Assembly (NCBI RefSeq): GCF_902713615.1
Contig: NC_052149.1
Coordinates: 127,413,256-127,477,255 of the forward strand
DNA from: Scyliorhinus canicula
Lineage: Eukaryota
Direction of reading: 5' to 3'
Length of the DNA stretch: 64,000 bases
Below are positions 23,894 to 35,900 of this stretch, in pieces (within the stretch, counting starts at the first letter, position 1; every line of letters begins with the position of its first letter). Made by a program: the position numbers and the translations under genes. The notes below the pieces were generated by a model. That model worked only from the letters and a program-made list of their open reading frames with translations, had not been told where the DNA came from and searched no databases.

Positions 23894-26778
23894 TTCAGCA
23901 GGGGCATGGGAACCTGGATTGTAGTTTTAGGGTACGGGAGATTGAGAGTATAGAGGTCAGGAGCACAGATTTGACTTCGCAGGAGGGTGCCAGTGTTCAG
24001 GTAGGTGGTTTGAAGTGTGTCTACTTCAATGCCAGGAGTATACGAAATAAGGTAGGGGAACTGGCAGCATGGGTTGGTACCTGGGACTTCGATGTTGTGG
24101 CCATTTCAGAGACATGGATAGAGCAGGGACAGGAATGGTTGTTGCAGGTTCCGGGGTTTAGTTGTTTTAGTAAGTTCAGAGAAGGGGGCAAAAGAGGGGG
24201 AGGTGTGGCGCTGCTAGTCAAGGACAGTATTACGGTGGCGGAAAGGATGCTAGATGGGGACTCTTCTTCTGAGGTAGTATGGGCTGAGGTTAGAAACAGG
24301 AAAGGAGAGGTCACCCTGTTGGGAGTTTTCTATAGGCCACCTAATAGTTCTAGGGATGTAGAGGAAAGGATGGCGAAGATGATTCTGGAAAAGAGCGAAA
24401 GTAACAGGGTAGTTGTTATGGGAGACTTTAACTTTCCAAATATTGACTGGAAAAGATATAGTTCGAGTACATTAGATGGGTCATTCTTTGTACAATGTGT
24501 GCAGGAGGGTTTCCTGACACAATATGTTGACAGGCCAACAAGAGGCGAGGCCACATTGGATTTGGTTTTGGGTAATGAACCAGGCCAGGTGTTAGATCTG
24601 GAGGTAGGTGAGCACTTTGGAAACAGTGACCACAATTCGGTGACCTTTACGTTAGTGATGGAAAGGGATAAGTATACCCCGCAGGGCAAGAGTTATAGCT
24701 GGGGGAAGGGCAATTATGATGCCATTAGACATGACTTAGGATGTGTTGGTTGGAGAAGTAGGCTGCAAGGGTTGGGCACACTGGATATGTGGAGCTTGTT
24801 CAAGGAACAGCTATTGCATGTTCTTGATAAGTACGTACCAGTCAGGCAGGGAGGAAGGGGTCGAGCGAGGGAACCGTGGTTTACCAAAGAAGTGGAATCT
24901 CTTGTTAAGAGGAAGAAGGAGGCCTATGTGAAGATGAGGCGTGAAGTTTCAGTTGGGGCGCTTGATATTTACAAGGAAGCGAGGAAGGATCTAAAGAGAG
25001 AGCTGAGACGAGCAAGGAGGGGACATGAGAAGTCTTTGGCAGGTAGGATCAAGGAAAACCCAAAAGCTTTCTATAGGTATGTCAGGAATAAAAGAATGAC
25101 TAGGGTAAGAGTAGGGCCAGTCAAGGACAGTGGTGGGAAGTTGTGTGTGGAGGCTGAGGAGATAAGCGAGATACTAAATGAATACTTTTCGTCAGTATTC
25201 ACTCAAGAAAAAGATAATATTGTGGAGGAGAATGCTGAGACCCAGGCTATTAGAATAGATGGCATTGAGGTGCGTAGGGAAGAAGTGTTGGCAATTCTGG
25301 ACAAGGTGAAAATAGATAAGTCCCCGGGGCCGGATGGGATTTATCCTAGGATTCTCTGGGAAGCCAGGGAAGAGATTGCTGAGCCTTTGGCTTTGATTTT
25401 TAGGTCATCATTGGCTACAGGAATAGTGCCAGAGGACTGGAGGATAGCAAATGTGGTCCCTTTGTTCAAGAAGGGGAGTAGAGATAACCCCGGTAACTAT
25501 AGGCCGGTGAGCCTAACGTCTGTGGTGGGTAAAGTCTTGGAGAGGATTATAAAAGATACGATTTATAATCATCTAGATAGGAATAATATGATTAGGGACA
25601 GTCAGCATGGTTTTGTGAAGGGTAGGTCATGCCTCACAAACCTTATCGAGTTCTTTGAGAAGGTGACTGAACAGGTAGACGAGGGTAGAGCAGTTGATGT
25701 GGTGTATATGGATTTCAGTAAAGCGTTTGATAAGGTTCCCCACGGTCGTCTATTGCAGAAAATACGGAGGCTGGGGATTGAGGGTGATTTAGAGATGTGG
25801 ATCAGAAATTGGCTAGTTGAAAGAAGACAGAGAGTGGTAGTTGATGGGAAATGTTCAGAATGGAGTTCAGTTACGAGTGGCGTACCACAAGGATCTGTTC
25901 TGGGGCCGTTGCTGTTTGTCATTTTTATAAATGACCTAGAGGAGGGCGCAGAAGGATGGGTGAGTAAATTTGCAGACGACACTAAAGTCGGTGGAGTTGT
26001 AGACAGTGCGGAAGGATGTTGCAGGTTACAGAGGGACATAGATAAGCTGCAGAGCTGGGCTGAGAGGTGGCAAATGGAGTTTAATGTGGAGAAGTGTGAG
26101 GTGATTCACTTTGGAAAGAATAACAGAAATGCGGAATATTTGGCTAATGGTAAAATTCTTGGTAGTGTGGATGAGCAGAGGGATCTCGGTGTCCATGTAC
26201 ATAGATCCCTGAAAGTTGCCACCCAGGTTGATAGGGTTGTGAAGAAGGCCTATGGTGTGTTGGCCTTTATTGGTAGAGGGATTGAGTTCCGGAGCCATGA
26301 GGTCATGTTGCAGTTGTACAAAACTCTAGTACGGCCGCATTTGGAGTATTGCGTACAGTTCTGGTCGCCTCATTATAGGAAGGACGTGGAAGCTTTGGAA
26401 CGGGTGCAGAGGAGATTTACCAGGATGTTGCCTGGTATGGAGGGAAAATCTTATGAGGAAAGGCTGATGGACTTGAGGTTGTTTTCGTTAGAGAGAAGAA
26501 GGTTAAGAGGTGACTTAATAGAGGCATACAAAATGATCAGAGGGTTAGATAGGGTGGACAGCGAGAGCCTTCTCCCGCGGATGGAGGTGGCTAGCACGAG
26601 GGGACATAGCCTTAAATTGAGGGGTAATAGATATAGGACAGAGGTCAGAGGTGGGTTTTTTACGCAAAGAGTGGTGAGGCCGTGGAATGCCCTACCTGCA
26701 ACAGTAGTGAACATGCCAACATTGAGGGCATTTAAAAATTTATTGGATAAGCATATGGATGATAAGGGCATAGTGTAG
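23875..26778 (+). CDS. CR1 ORF2: APE endonuclease and reverse transcriptase, uninterrupted 967 aa
   Basis: YFNARSI, SETW, GDFN, SDH (EN); [14 protein letters not shown] (RT); no stops or frameshifts. Confidence 0.95.
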   Translation: MGGFKLIQQGHGNLDCSFRVREIESIEVRSTDLTSQEGASVQVGGLKCVYFNARSIRNKVGELAAWVGTWDFDVVAISETWIEQGQEWLLQVPGFSCFSKFREGGKRGGGVALLVKDSITVAERMLDGDSSSEVVWAEVRNRKGEVTLLGVFYRPPNSSRDVEERMAKMILEKSESNRVVVMGDFNFPNIDWKRYSSSTLDGSFFVQCVQEGFLTQYVDRPTRGEATLDLVLGNEPGQVLDLEVGEHFGNSDHNSVTFTLVMERDKYTPQGKSYSWGKGNYDAIRHDLGCVGWRSRLQGLGTLDMWSLFKEQLLHVLDKYVPVRQGGRGRAREPWFTKEVESLVKRKKEAYVKMRREVSVGALDIYKEARKDLKRELRRARRGHEKSLAGRIKENPKAFYRYVRNKRMTRVRVGPVKDSGGKLCVEAEEISEILNEYFSSVFTQEKDNIVEENAETQAIRIDGIEVRREEVLAILDKVKIDKSPGPDGIYPRILWEAREEIAEPLALIFRSSLATGIVPEDWRIANVVPLFKKGSRDNPGNYRPVSLTSVVGKVLERIIKDTIYNHLDRNNMIRDSQHGFVKGRSCLTNLIEFFEKVTEQVDEGRAVDVVYMDFSKAFDKVPHGRLLQKIRRLGIEGDLEMWIRNWLVERRQRVVVDGKCSEWSSVTSGVPQGSVLGPLLFVIFINDLEEGAEGWVSKFADDTKVGGVVDSAEGCCRLQRDIDKLQSWAERWQMEFNVEKCEVIHFGKNNRNAEYLANGKILGSVDEQRDLGVHVHRSLKVATQVDRVVKKAYGVLAFIGRGIEFRSHEVMLQLYKTLVRPHLEYCVQFWSPHYRKDVEALERVQRRFTRMLPGMEGKSYEERLMDLRLFSLERRRLRGDLIEAYKMIRGLDRVDSESLLPRMEVASTRGHSLKLRGNRYRTEVRGGFFTQRVVRPWNALPATVVNMPTLRAFKNLLDKHMDDKGIV

Positions 26779-27029
26779 GTTAGATGGCGTTTAGATTTTT
26801 TCCATGTCGGTGCAACATCGAGGGCCGAAGGGCCTGTACTGCGCTGTATCGTTCTATATAACCTCTGGCCGAAACCTGGAGGGGAACACAGGACCGGCGG
26901 CCCCTCACCGTGGGAGAGCAGAGGGCCCTGGATGTGTCCAGCGGGACAGAAGAAAGGGAAATCGCCGGGTGGAGGTCGGCAGTGGGCGAGAAAGTGAGAA
27001 CCCGCAGAGTAGCGATTCCCCGGGTCAAA

Positions 27030-30020
27030 CCCTAACCACCCCCACCTCAACCCCACTCTCACCCTCACCCCCACCCTCACCCTCACACCTACCCTCACCC
27101 CTATCCTCACCCCACCTCAACCCCACCCCCACCCTCACCCCTATCCTCACCCCCACCTCAACCCCACCCTACACCACCCTCACTCCCAAACTCACCCCCA
27201 CCTCAACCCCACCCCCACCCTCACCCCTATCCTCACCCCAACCTCAACCCCACCCTACACCACCCTCACCCCCACCCTCACCCCTATCCTCACCCCCACC
27301 TCAACCCTCACTCCTATCCTCACCCCCACCTCAACCCCACCCTACACCACCCTCACCCCCACCCTCACCTCTATCCTCACCCCACCTCAACCCCACCCTA
27401 CACCACCCTCACCCGCACCCTCACCCCTATCCTCACACCCACCTCAACCCTCACTCCTATCCTCACCGCCACCTCAACCCCACCCTACGCCACCCTCACC
27501 CCCACCTCACCCCCACCCTCACCCCCACCCTCACCCCATCCTCACCCCCACCTCAACCCCACCCTCACCCCCACCCCCACTCTCACCCTCACCCTCACCC
27601 CAACCTCAACCCCACCCTACACCACCCTCACCCCCACCCTCACCCCCAGCTCAACCCCACCCTACACCACCCTCACCCCCACCCTCACCGCCACCTCAAC
27701 CCCACCTCAACCCCACCCGACACCACCCTCACCCCCACCCTCACCCCTATCCTCACCCCCACCTCAACCCCACCATCACCCCCACCCTCACCCCCAACCT
27801 CACCCCCACCACAACCCCACCCTCACCCCCACCCTCACCCCCACCTCACCCCACCTCAACCTCACCCTCACCCCTATCCTCACCCCCAGCTCAACCCACC
27901 CTCACCCCCACCCTCACCCCCACCCTCACCCCTATCCTCACCCCCACCTCAACCCCACCCTACACCACCCTCACCCCCACCCTCACCCCCACCCACACCC
28001 CCACCTCATCTCAACCCCTCCCTACACCATCCTCACCCCCACCCTCACCCCTATCCTCACCCCCACCTCAACCCCACCCTACACCATCCTCACCCCCACC
28101 CTCACCCCTATCCTCACCCCCACGTCAAACCCACCCTACACCATCCTCACCCCCACCCTCACCCCTATCCTCACCCCCACCTCAGCCCCACCCTACACCA
28201 CCCTGACCCCCACCCTCACCCCTATCCTCACCCTACCTCAACCCCACCCTACACCACCCTGACCCGTATCCTCACCCCCACCTCAACCCCACCCTACACC
28301 ACCCTCAACCCCACCCTCACCCCTACCCTCACCCCCACCCTGACCCCCACCTCAACCCCAGCCTCACCCCCACCATCACCCCCACCCTCACTCCCTCCTC
28401 AACCCCACCCTCACCCCCACCCTCACCCCTATCCTCACCCCCAACTCAACCCCACCCTCACCCTCACTCCTATCCTCACCCCCACCTCAACCCCACCCTC
28501 ACCCCCACCTCAACCCCACCCTCACCCTCACCCCTATCCGCACCCCCACCTCAACCCCACCCTCACCCCCACCTCAACCCCACCCTACACCGCCCTCACC
28601 CCCTCCCTCACCCCCACCTCAACCCCACCCTACACCACCCTCACCCCTATCCTCACCCTCACCTCAACCCCACCCTCACCCCCACCCTCAACCCTATCCT
28701 CACCCCCACCTCAACCCCACCCTACACCACCCTCACCCCCACCCTCACCACCACCTCAACCCCACCCTACACCACTCTCACCCCCACCCTCACCCCTATT
28801 CTCACACCCACCTCAACCCCACCCTCACCCCCACACCCACCCTCACCCCCACCCTCAGCCCTACCCTCACCCCCACCTCAACCCCACCCTACACCACCCT
28901 CACCCCCACCCTCACCCCTGTCCTCACCCCCACCTCAACCCCACCCTACACCACCCTCACCCCCACCCTCACCCCTATCCTCACCCCCACCTCAACCCCA
29001 CCCTACACCACCCTCACCCCCACCCTCACCCCCACCTCAACCCCACCCTCACCCCCACCTCACCCCCACCCTCACCCCTATCCTCACCCCCACCTCAACC
29101 CCACCTCAACCCTCACCCCCACGCTCACCCCTATCCTCACCCCCACCCTCACCCCCACCCTCACCCCTATCCTCACCCCCACCTCAACCCTCACCCCCAC
29201 CCTCACCCCCACCCTCACCCCTATCCTCACCCCCACCTCAATCCTCACCCCCACCCTCAACCCTACCCTCACCCCCACCTCAACCCCACCCTACACAACC
29301 CTCACCCCCACCCTCACTCCAACCCTCACCCCTACCCTCACCCCTACCCTCACCCCCACCCTCACCCCTATCCTCACCCCCACCTCAACCCCACCCTACA
29401 CCACTGTCATCCCCACCCTCACCCCTATCCTCTTCACCCCCACCTCAACCCCACCCTACACAACCCTCACCCCCACCCTCACTCCAACCCTCACTCCAAC
29501 CCTCACCCCTACCCTCACCCCTACCCTCACCACTACCCTCATCCCACCCTCACCCCTACCCTCACCCCCACCCTCACTCCTATCCTCACCCCTACCCTCA
29601 CCCCACCCTCACCCCAACCCTCACACCACCCTTATCCCCACCTTCACCAAAACCCTCACCCCCACATCACCCTCACCCCCATATATCCTCATCCCCACCC
29701 TCGCCGCCACCCTCAACCCTGCACAATCTTCAACCCCACTCTCACCTCCAGCCTCACCCCCACTCTGCCCCCCACACCACCCTTACTCCCACCCTCACTT
29801 CAAGTCACACCCCCACCTTCACCCTCACCTCCACACCACCCTCATCCCCACCCCTGCACCACACTCACCCCAACCCTCATCCACACCATCTCACTCTCAC
29901 CTCCCCCCAACCCTCACACCCACACCACCCACACCTCATCCTTACCCCCACCACCCCCATTCCCCCCCACCCCCACACCCCCACCACAGCATCCTTCCCC
30001 CCCACCACCCCCACTCCCCC
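27030..30020. repeat. ~3-kb C-rich mixed hexamer repeat (CCCCAC/CCCTCA/CCTCAA)
   Basis: Directly visible; G almost absent from the plus strand. Confidence 0.95.
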
Positions 30021-32920
30021 CAGGCCACGGTAGTATTATGTGTTGTCATGCGGGACCTGCTGGTAATGGGTCAGGTCCTTTTGGTGTGCCCTGCACCCTG
30101 CCAGTGCCACAACCCCTCCCATCCCGGTGTGCCGGCCAGTGACAAGGACATGGACACAGACGGGAGCCACATTATGCCAAGACACCCCGGAGCTTGGATC
30201 CGGGGATGACACTGACTTTCCATCCCAGCGTCTCCAACACCCACCGCCATCACAGAGACTCTCACCTCGGTCATTGAAGAGGCTCCTGGGACACCTCTTG
30301 GTGCCCACCACACACATACTCCCTGACATCAAGTGGAGGTAGGAACTCCCGAGGGGGCGGACGGTCGGAGGGCAGCTTGACCCCAGGAACTAGCTGCCAT
30401 CGATCGTGGAGATGCAGTCACAGAGCCAGGGACTACGTGAGGAGATGTCGGCGAGCATGCAGCACCTGCAGGAGGCCAACCACGAGCAGGAGCAGGAGGT
30501 AGTGTCGACCATTCGTGCCACCCAGGCCAACACCGCACGGGTGGCATACGCGGTTGAAGCATTGGAGACGAGGAATTTGGCTGTGGATCAACATGTCCAT
30601 GGCCTTTGTGCAGGTGCTGGTCGAGGCACCCCGAGGGAGGAGGTGGTGATGGAGCCCATGCTGGCGACTCCGCAGGGCAGTGATCAGAGTGCCCCATGCA
30701 CGTTGGCCCTGGCACACACATTGTGCGGCCTTCTATGCCAGCCTGGGCCTTATGCCCTGCCCATCCTGAACCTCCCCCACATCCTCCTCATCGGATGAGG
30801 CTTGGCGCCATCCTCCTCCTCCGGCACGTCACTCCCCCCTGATGCTCAATCACACCCCTGGTTTCTGCCTGGGCGTCTTTGTAGGGGGTCTCCGCGTCGG
30901 TCTGTGGCATTCGGATCGGCATCATCAGCCACAACCGCAGTCGTCCAGTTGCCCAGGAGGCAATCCCCCAGCCGGGCTTGGGTGAGGGAGGTGTTAAAAC
31001 AATGCCAGAAATCATCGAGTGTGCCAGGATGAAGGTGTCGTGCATAATGACCGGGTATCGTGCGCAGACGTGCACGATGCGCAGCCGATGGTCACATATC
31101 CGCTGGACGTTCATCGAGTGGAACCCCTTTCGGTTTGTGTAGAGCGGCCTGTCATCTGCAGGTGCTCGTCAGGGGGCATGCATCCCGGCGATCACCCCCT
31201 GGACCCGGGGCATCTCGGCGATAGCGGTGAACCCCATTGCCTGGGCATCCTGGTGGACTCAGTCCACATTGAATTGAATGTATTGAGCCGACCGTGTCCA
31301 ACGGGCTATCCGGTGGCCCCGGCTTGTACTGCAAACCCTGTCCTGAATGTCTCCTCCCCCCCTCTCCCCCCCTCCCCGCCCCCCACGCCTCCTCTCCACA
31401 CCCTGGCCCCATAAGCGCCCGCCCTTGCTTCCAGGGGTACAGTCAGCTGGCACTGCCCCATGCCAGTCCCATGGGGGGTTGCCCAGCCACACGGCCCATT
31501 CCCCTGTCAACCCCCCCCCCCACCTGCTCCTGGCAAGCCCCCCACCTCCCCAGCCAGCCAGGCCGATGTCCATCCCAGCAGCTCAGAGTGTGGAGATGGG
31601 AGGGGGGGGGGGGGGGGGGGGGCAGGGTCCGCAGTGCCAGTCGGGGCCACTGTGTAGCCCACTGGACGTGGTTGGGTGTAAGGGTATACACCATGCTCAG
31701 ATGTTGGCCTTTCACCCCCTGCAGTCAATGGATATTGGAATTCAGCCAGCAATGGTGGCCTTCCTGCTGGTCGCCGCAGCCCTGGGAGATGCCCTGCGGC
31801 TGTCCGAGCTGGAGCTGCTCGAGGAGGAGGAGGCAGCAGCAGGGGACCAAGCAGCAGCGGAGGAGCAGCAGCTGAGGAGGGAGAGCCAGCCGCCCAACTA
31901 GCCAAGGAGGAAGAGGTGCAAAGGAGGTGCCACATGAGGCCTCATGTGTGCCAACAGCACATGTCTACGACTCCGGCTGAGCAGAGAGACAGTGCGACAT
32001 ATCTGCAGGATCACAGCATACCTGGCACCAGGGGAAATGGGGGAGGACTTCCGCTCCCGGTGGTCGACTAGGTGACGGCCACCCTGAACGTTTTACACCA
32101 GGGCTCCTTCCAGGCACCAAGTAGGGAATTGACCAAATTCTAACAGAGCTCAGTGCACAGGTACATCCACGCCATCAAAGAGGCCCCATACACCCGGTTG
32201 GCTCAATACATTCACTTCAATGTGGACAGGGTCCACCAGGGCAGGCAGCGGGGTTCCTGTTCCAATATCCCTTTAACCCGGTTTTATCAGAAATATATCT
32301 ATGTCCATCTTGAAACCATTTAATGACTCAGATTCCTCCGCACTATGGGGCAGCGAGTTCCACAAATTCACCACCCTCTGTGAGAAGTAGTGAATCCTCA
32401 TCTCAGTTTTAAATCTGGCGCTATCGGAGGGCCAGAGACAGATAGTTGGGATTTTTAAAGTGCCGTTGTAAGTGAATTGGGGAATAGGTTTTTCCAGGGA
32501 TGGATACAGAAGGGGGTAGGGTTGGGGTGTGGAAGGGAGATGTGGGTGGGGAGTGATACAAGGAAGTGATCAGAGATGGTCTTATCTGTGATTGAAACTA
32601 TGGGAGTAGTGAGACCACGTGAGATGGTCAGGTCAAGGGGGAGGTGGGAATATGGGTTGGAGAATTGTGATTGTGATGATTTAATCCCAGCAACTTTCAG
32701 TCTCTTTTCTGTTTTGAATCTTGTAAACTCAGAGATTCCAGATAAAACTGCTCATTTTAAAATGATTGATAATTGTCTTTGAATCCAATGTTATGCTGAT
32801 GTGTCATTGATTGACAGGCCAACCAGCCAATCATGACAATCACTTGCTGAAATGCAGCCAATCAGCTGATGGGGAGGAGGGACATTTTCAAAGCACACAC
32901 GAGACACAGACTGAATATTC

Positions 32921-35900
32921 TTTTTTTTTATAAATGTTTTTATTCAGTTTTCGTATTTTATATTGAACAAATTACAAATTGTTAGGAGAGAGAAAAAAAA
33001 AACAAACAAAAACAAACACGCAAAAATTAACATACATATTACAGGTAAGCATCTTCGTAGTAGTAACTGCGCCCCCCCCCCCCCCCTCAACATGTTTATT
33101 TAGCTTGGTTTTGGGCCTTAGCTAGCCATCGAACCCCCGTAACGAACCTGTAGCCCCCCCCCCCCCTCCCGCTACCTTCCCCCGACTATTCTTCCTCTTG
33201 TACATTGGCCACAAATAGGTCCCGGAACAGTTGCATGAATGGCTCCCACGTTCTGTGGAAGCCGTCGTCCGACCCTCGGATGGCAAATTTGATTTTCTCC
33301 ATTTGGAGAGATTCCGAGAGGTCGGACAGCCAGTCCGCAGCTCTGGGCGGTGCTGCTGACCGCCAGCCAAACAGGATTCTACGGCGGGCGATCAGGGAGG
33401 CAAAGGCAAGGGCATCCGCCCTCCTCCCCAGGAATAGATCTGGCTGTTCTGAAACCCCGAAGACCGCCACTATCGGGCATGGCTCCACCCTCACTCCCAC
33501 CACTTTGGACATTACCTCGAAGAAGGCTGTCCAGTACTCCACGAGTCTGGGGCAGGACCAGAACATGTGGGCGTGGTTGGCCGGGCCTCTTTGGCACCGT
33601 TCACATCTGTCTTCCACCTCCGGGAAGAACCTACTCATACGGTTTCTTGTTAAGTGGGCTCTATGTACCACTTTTAGTTGCGTCAGGCTGAGCCTTGCGC
33701 ACGTGGAGGTGGAGTTGACCCTATGCAGTGCTTCGCTCCAGAGTCCCCACCCGATCTCCATCCCCAGGTCGTCCTCCCATTTCCTCCTTGTTGCGTCCAG
33801 TACGGTGTCGTCCCTATCTACCAGTCGGTCATACATGTCACTACAGTTCCCTTTCTCTAGGATACTTGCGTCCAGTAGGTCTTCCAGTAGTGTCTGTCGT
33901 GGCGGTTGTGGTACGTCCTTGTCTCCTTTCGTAGGAAGTTTTTGAGCTGCAGGTACCGTAGCTCGTTCCCCCCAGCTAGCTGAAATTTCTCTGTCAGTTC
34001 GTCCAGTGTTGCGATCCTGTCGTCCGTGTATAGGTCCCTGACTGGCAGTGTCCCCCCGTCCTGCCTCCACCTTTTGAAGGTGGCGTCGGGCAGTGCTGGT
34101 TTGAACCTATGGTTGTTGCATAGGGAGCCCTGTTCGACATTTTGGTCAGGCCAAGTTGCTGCCGCAGTTGGTTCCAGGATTGGAGGGTGGCTGTCACCAC
34201 TGGGCTGCTGGAGTGTTTTTTGGGTGGGGATGGGAGTGCTGCCGTGGCGAGGGCCCGGAGGGAGGTTCCCATGCAGGAGGCCTCCTCCGCACGCACCCAC
34301 TCAGCTTCTGGCTCCTGGATCCATCCCCTTACTCGCTCGGGCTGTTGCTGCCCAGTGGTAGAATTGTAGATTCGGGAGGGCTAAACCCTCCCCTGGTTTT
34401 TGTTTTTTGTAAGACCTTCTTTGGGATCCTAGCATTTTTACCCCCCCATACGAACGCCATGATGAGTTTGTCCAGCGCTTTGAAAAAGGCCTTGGGGATG
34501 TAGATCGGAATGGATCTAAACAGGAAGAGGAACCTGGGCAGTACGTTCATTTTGATCGTCTGAACTCTCCCCGCGAGGGAGAGCGGGAGTGTGTTCCATC
34601 TTTGCAGGTCCTTTTTAACTTCCTCCGTCAGGCTGGTGAGGTTCCATTTGTGGATCCCTTTCCAGTCATGGGCTATTTGGATCCCCAGGTAGCGGAATTT
34701 ATGTCGGGCTTGTTTGAACGGCAAGCCCCTTTAGTGCTGCCCCCCCCCCCCCCCCCTTGCGGGTTGTAATGGGAAGATCTCACTTTTGCTCATGTTGAGT
34801 TTGTAGCCCGAGAAGGCTCCAAACTCTTTCAGGAGCGCGATGATTCCGTCCATGCTGCTTTGTGGGTCCGAGATATAGAGGAGCAGATCATCCGCATAGA
34901 GTGAGACTCTGTGCTCTCTACCTCCCCTTCGGATCCCCCTCCAATTTTTTGCTGCCCTGAGCGCGATTGCTAGCGGTTCGATTGCTAGTGCGAACAGCAG
35001 CGGGGACAGTGGGCATCCTTGTCTGGTGCCCCTGTGCAGCTGGAAGTATTGGGAGTTGGTATTGTTGGTCTGTACACTCGCCATGGGAGCGTTGTACAGG
35101 AGCTTTACCCAAGCTGGTGAACCCTGTTCCAAGCCCGAACCGCTCCAGTACCTCTATGAGGTATATTCCATTCGACTCTGTCGAAGGCCTTTTCTGCGTC
35201 CAGGGAGACGATCACCTCTTGTGTTCTCTCCCCGGAGGGGGTCATTATCACGTTCAGCAGGCGCCTGATGTTCGCGGTCAGCTGTCTACCTTTGACAAAG
35301 CCCGTCTGGTCCTCTGTGACCACCTCAGGTACACAGTCTTCTAGCCTTTTGGCTAGGATTTGGCCAGTATTTTGGCGTCTGCATTCAGCAGAGATATGGG
35401 TCTGTATGACCCACATTCCGTTGGGTCTTTGTCTTTCTTAGGTATCAGCGAGATTGAGGCCTGTGCTAACGTGGGTGGCAACGTGCCCCTAGCTAGCGAG
35501 TCTGTGAACATCTCCCGCATGTGCGGGGCCAGCGCTGTCGCAAATTTTTTGTAGAAGTCCGCCGGGAATCCGTCCTGGTCCCGGCGCCTTCCCCGCCTGC
35601 ATGGAGCTAATGCTCTCCATGATCTCTCCCAGTGCTAGTGGTGCTTCCAGATCCCGTTTCTGCCCTCTCCCACAACTGGTATGTTCAGTCCGTCAAGAAA
35701 CCGGTTCATCCCAGCCTTCCCCGTTGGGGGCTCTGAGGTGTACAGCTCTTGGTAGAAGGCCTTGAAGGTTTTGTTAATCTTCTCTGGTTCTGTTTCCAAC
35801 GTGCCTCTGGTATCTCTGATTTGCGCAATTTCTCTGCTGGCTGCCTGCTTTCTCAGCTGGTGGGCCAACAGGCGGCTGGCTTTGTCTCCGTGTCGTATAG

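Larger units (their letters stand above)
23154..26857 (+). mobile_element. CR1-clade LINE (HER1-like), 5'-truncated, young
   Basis: Partial ORF1 plus complete ORF2 and a 3' tail ending GAAGGGCCTGTACTGCGCTGTATCGTTCT; flanked by ATA (23151-23153 and 26858-26860), a possible short TSD. Confidence 0.92.
22430..32260. mobile_element. Decayed PIF/Harbinger transposon region: Myb/SANT-like gene (+) and DDE transposase fragments
   Basis: Myb-like remnants from 22693 (split by CR1 and the C-rich tract; RPLTVGEQRALD at ~26905); transposase MNVQRICDH..HVCARYP..HD on minus (30790-31310) and an N-terminal part on plus (31727-32255); boundaries approximate. Confidence 0.7.

Noticed and set aside
26804-30142. 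1112-aa Pro/His-rich ORF
   Set aside because: Translation of the C-rich hexamer repeat, which lacks stops by composition; no domain or splice evidence
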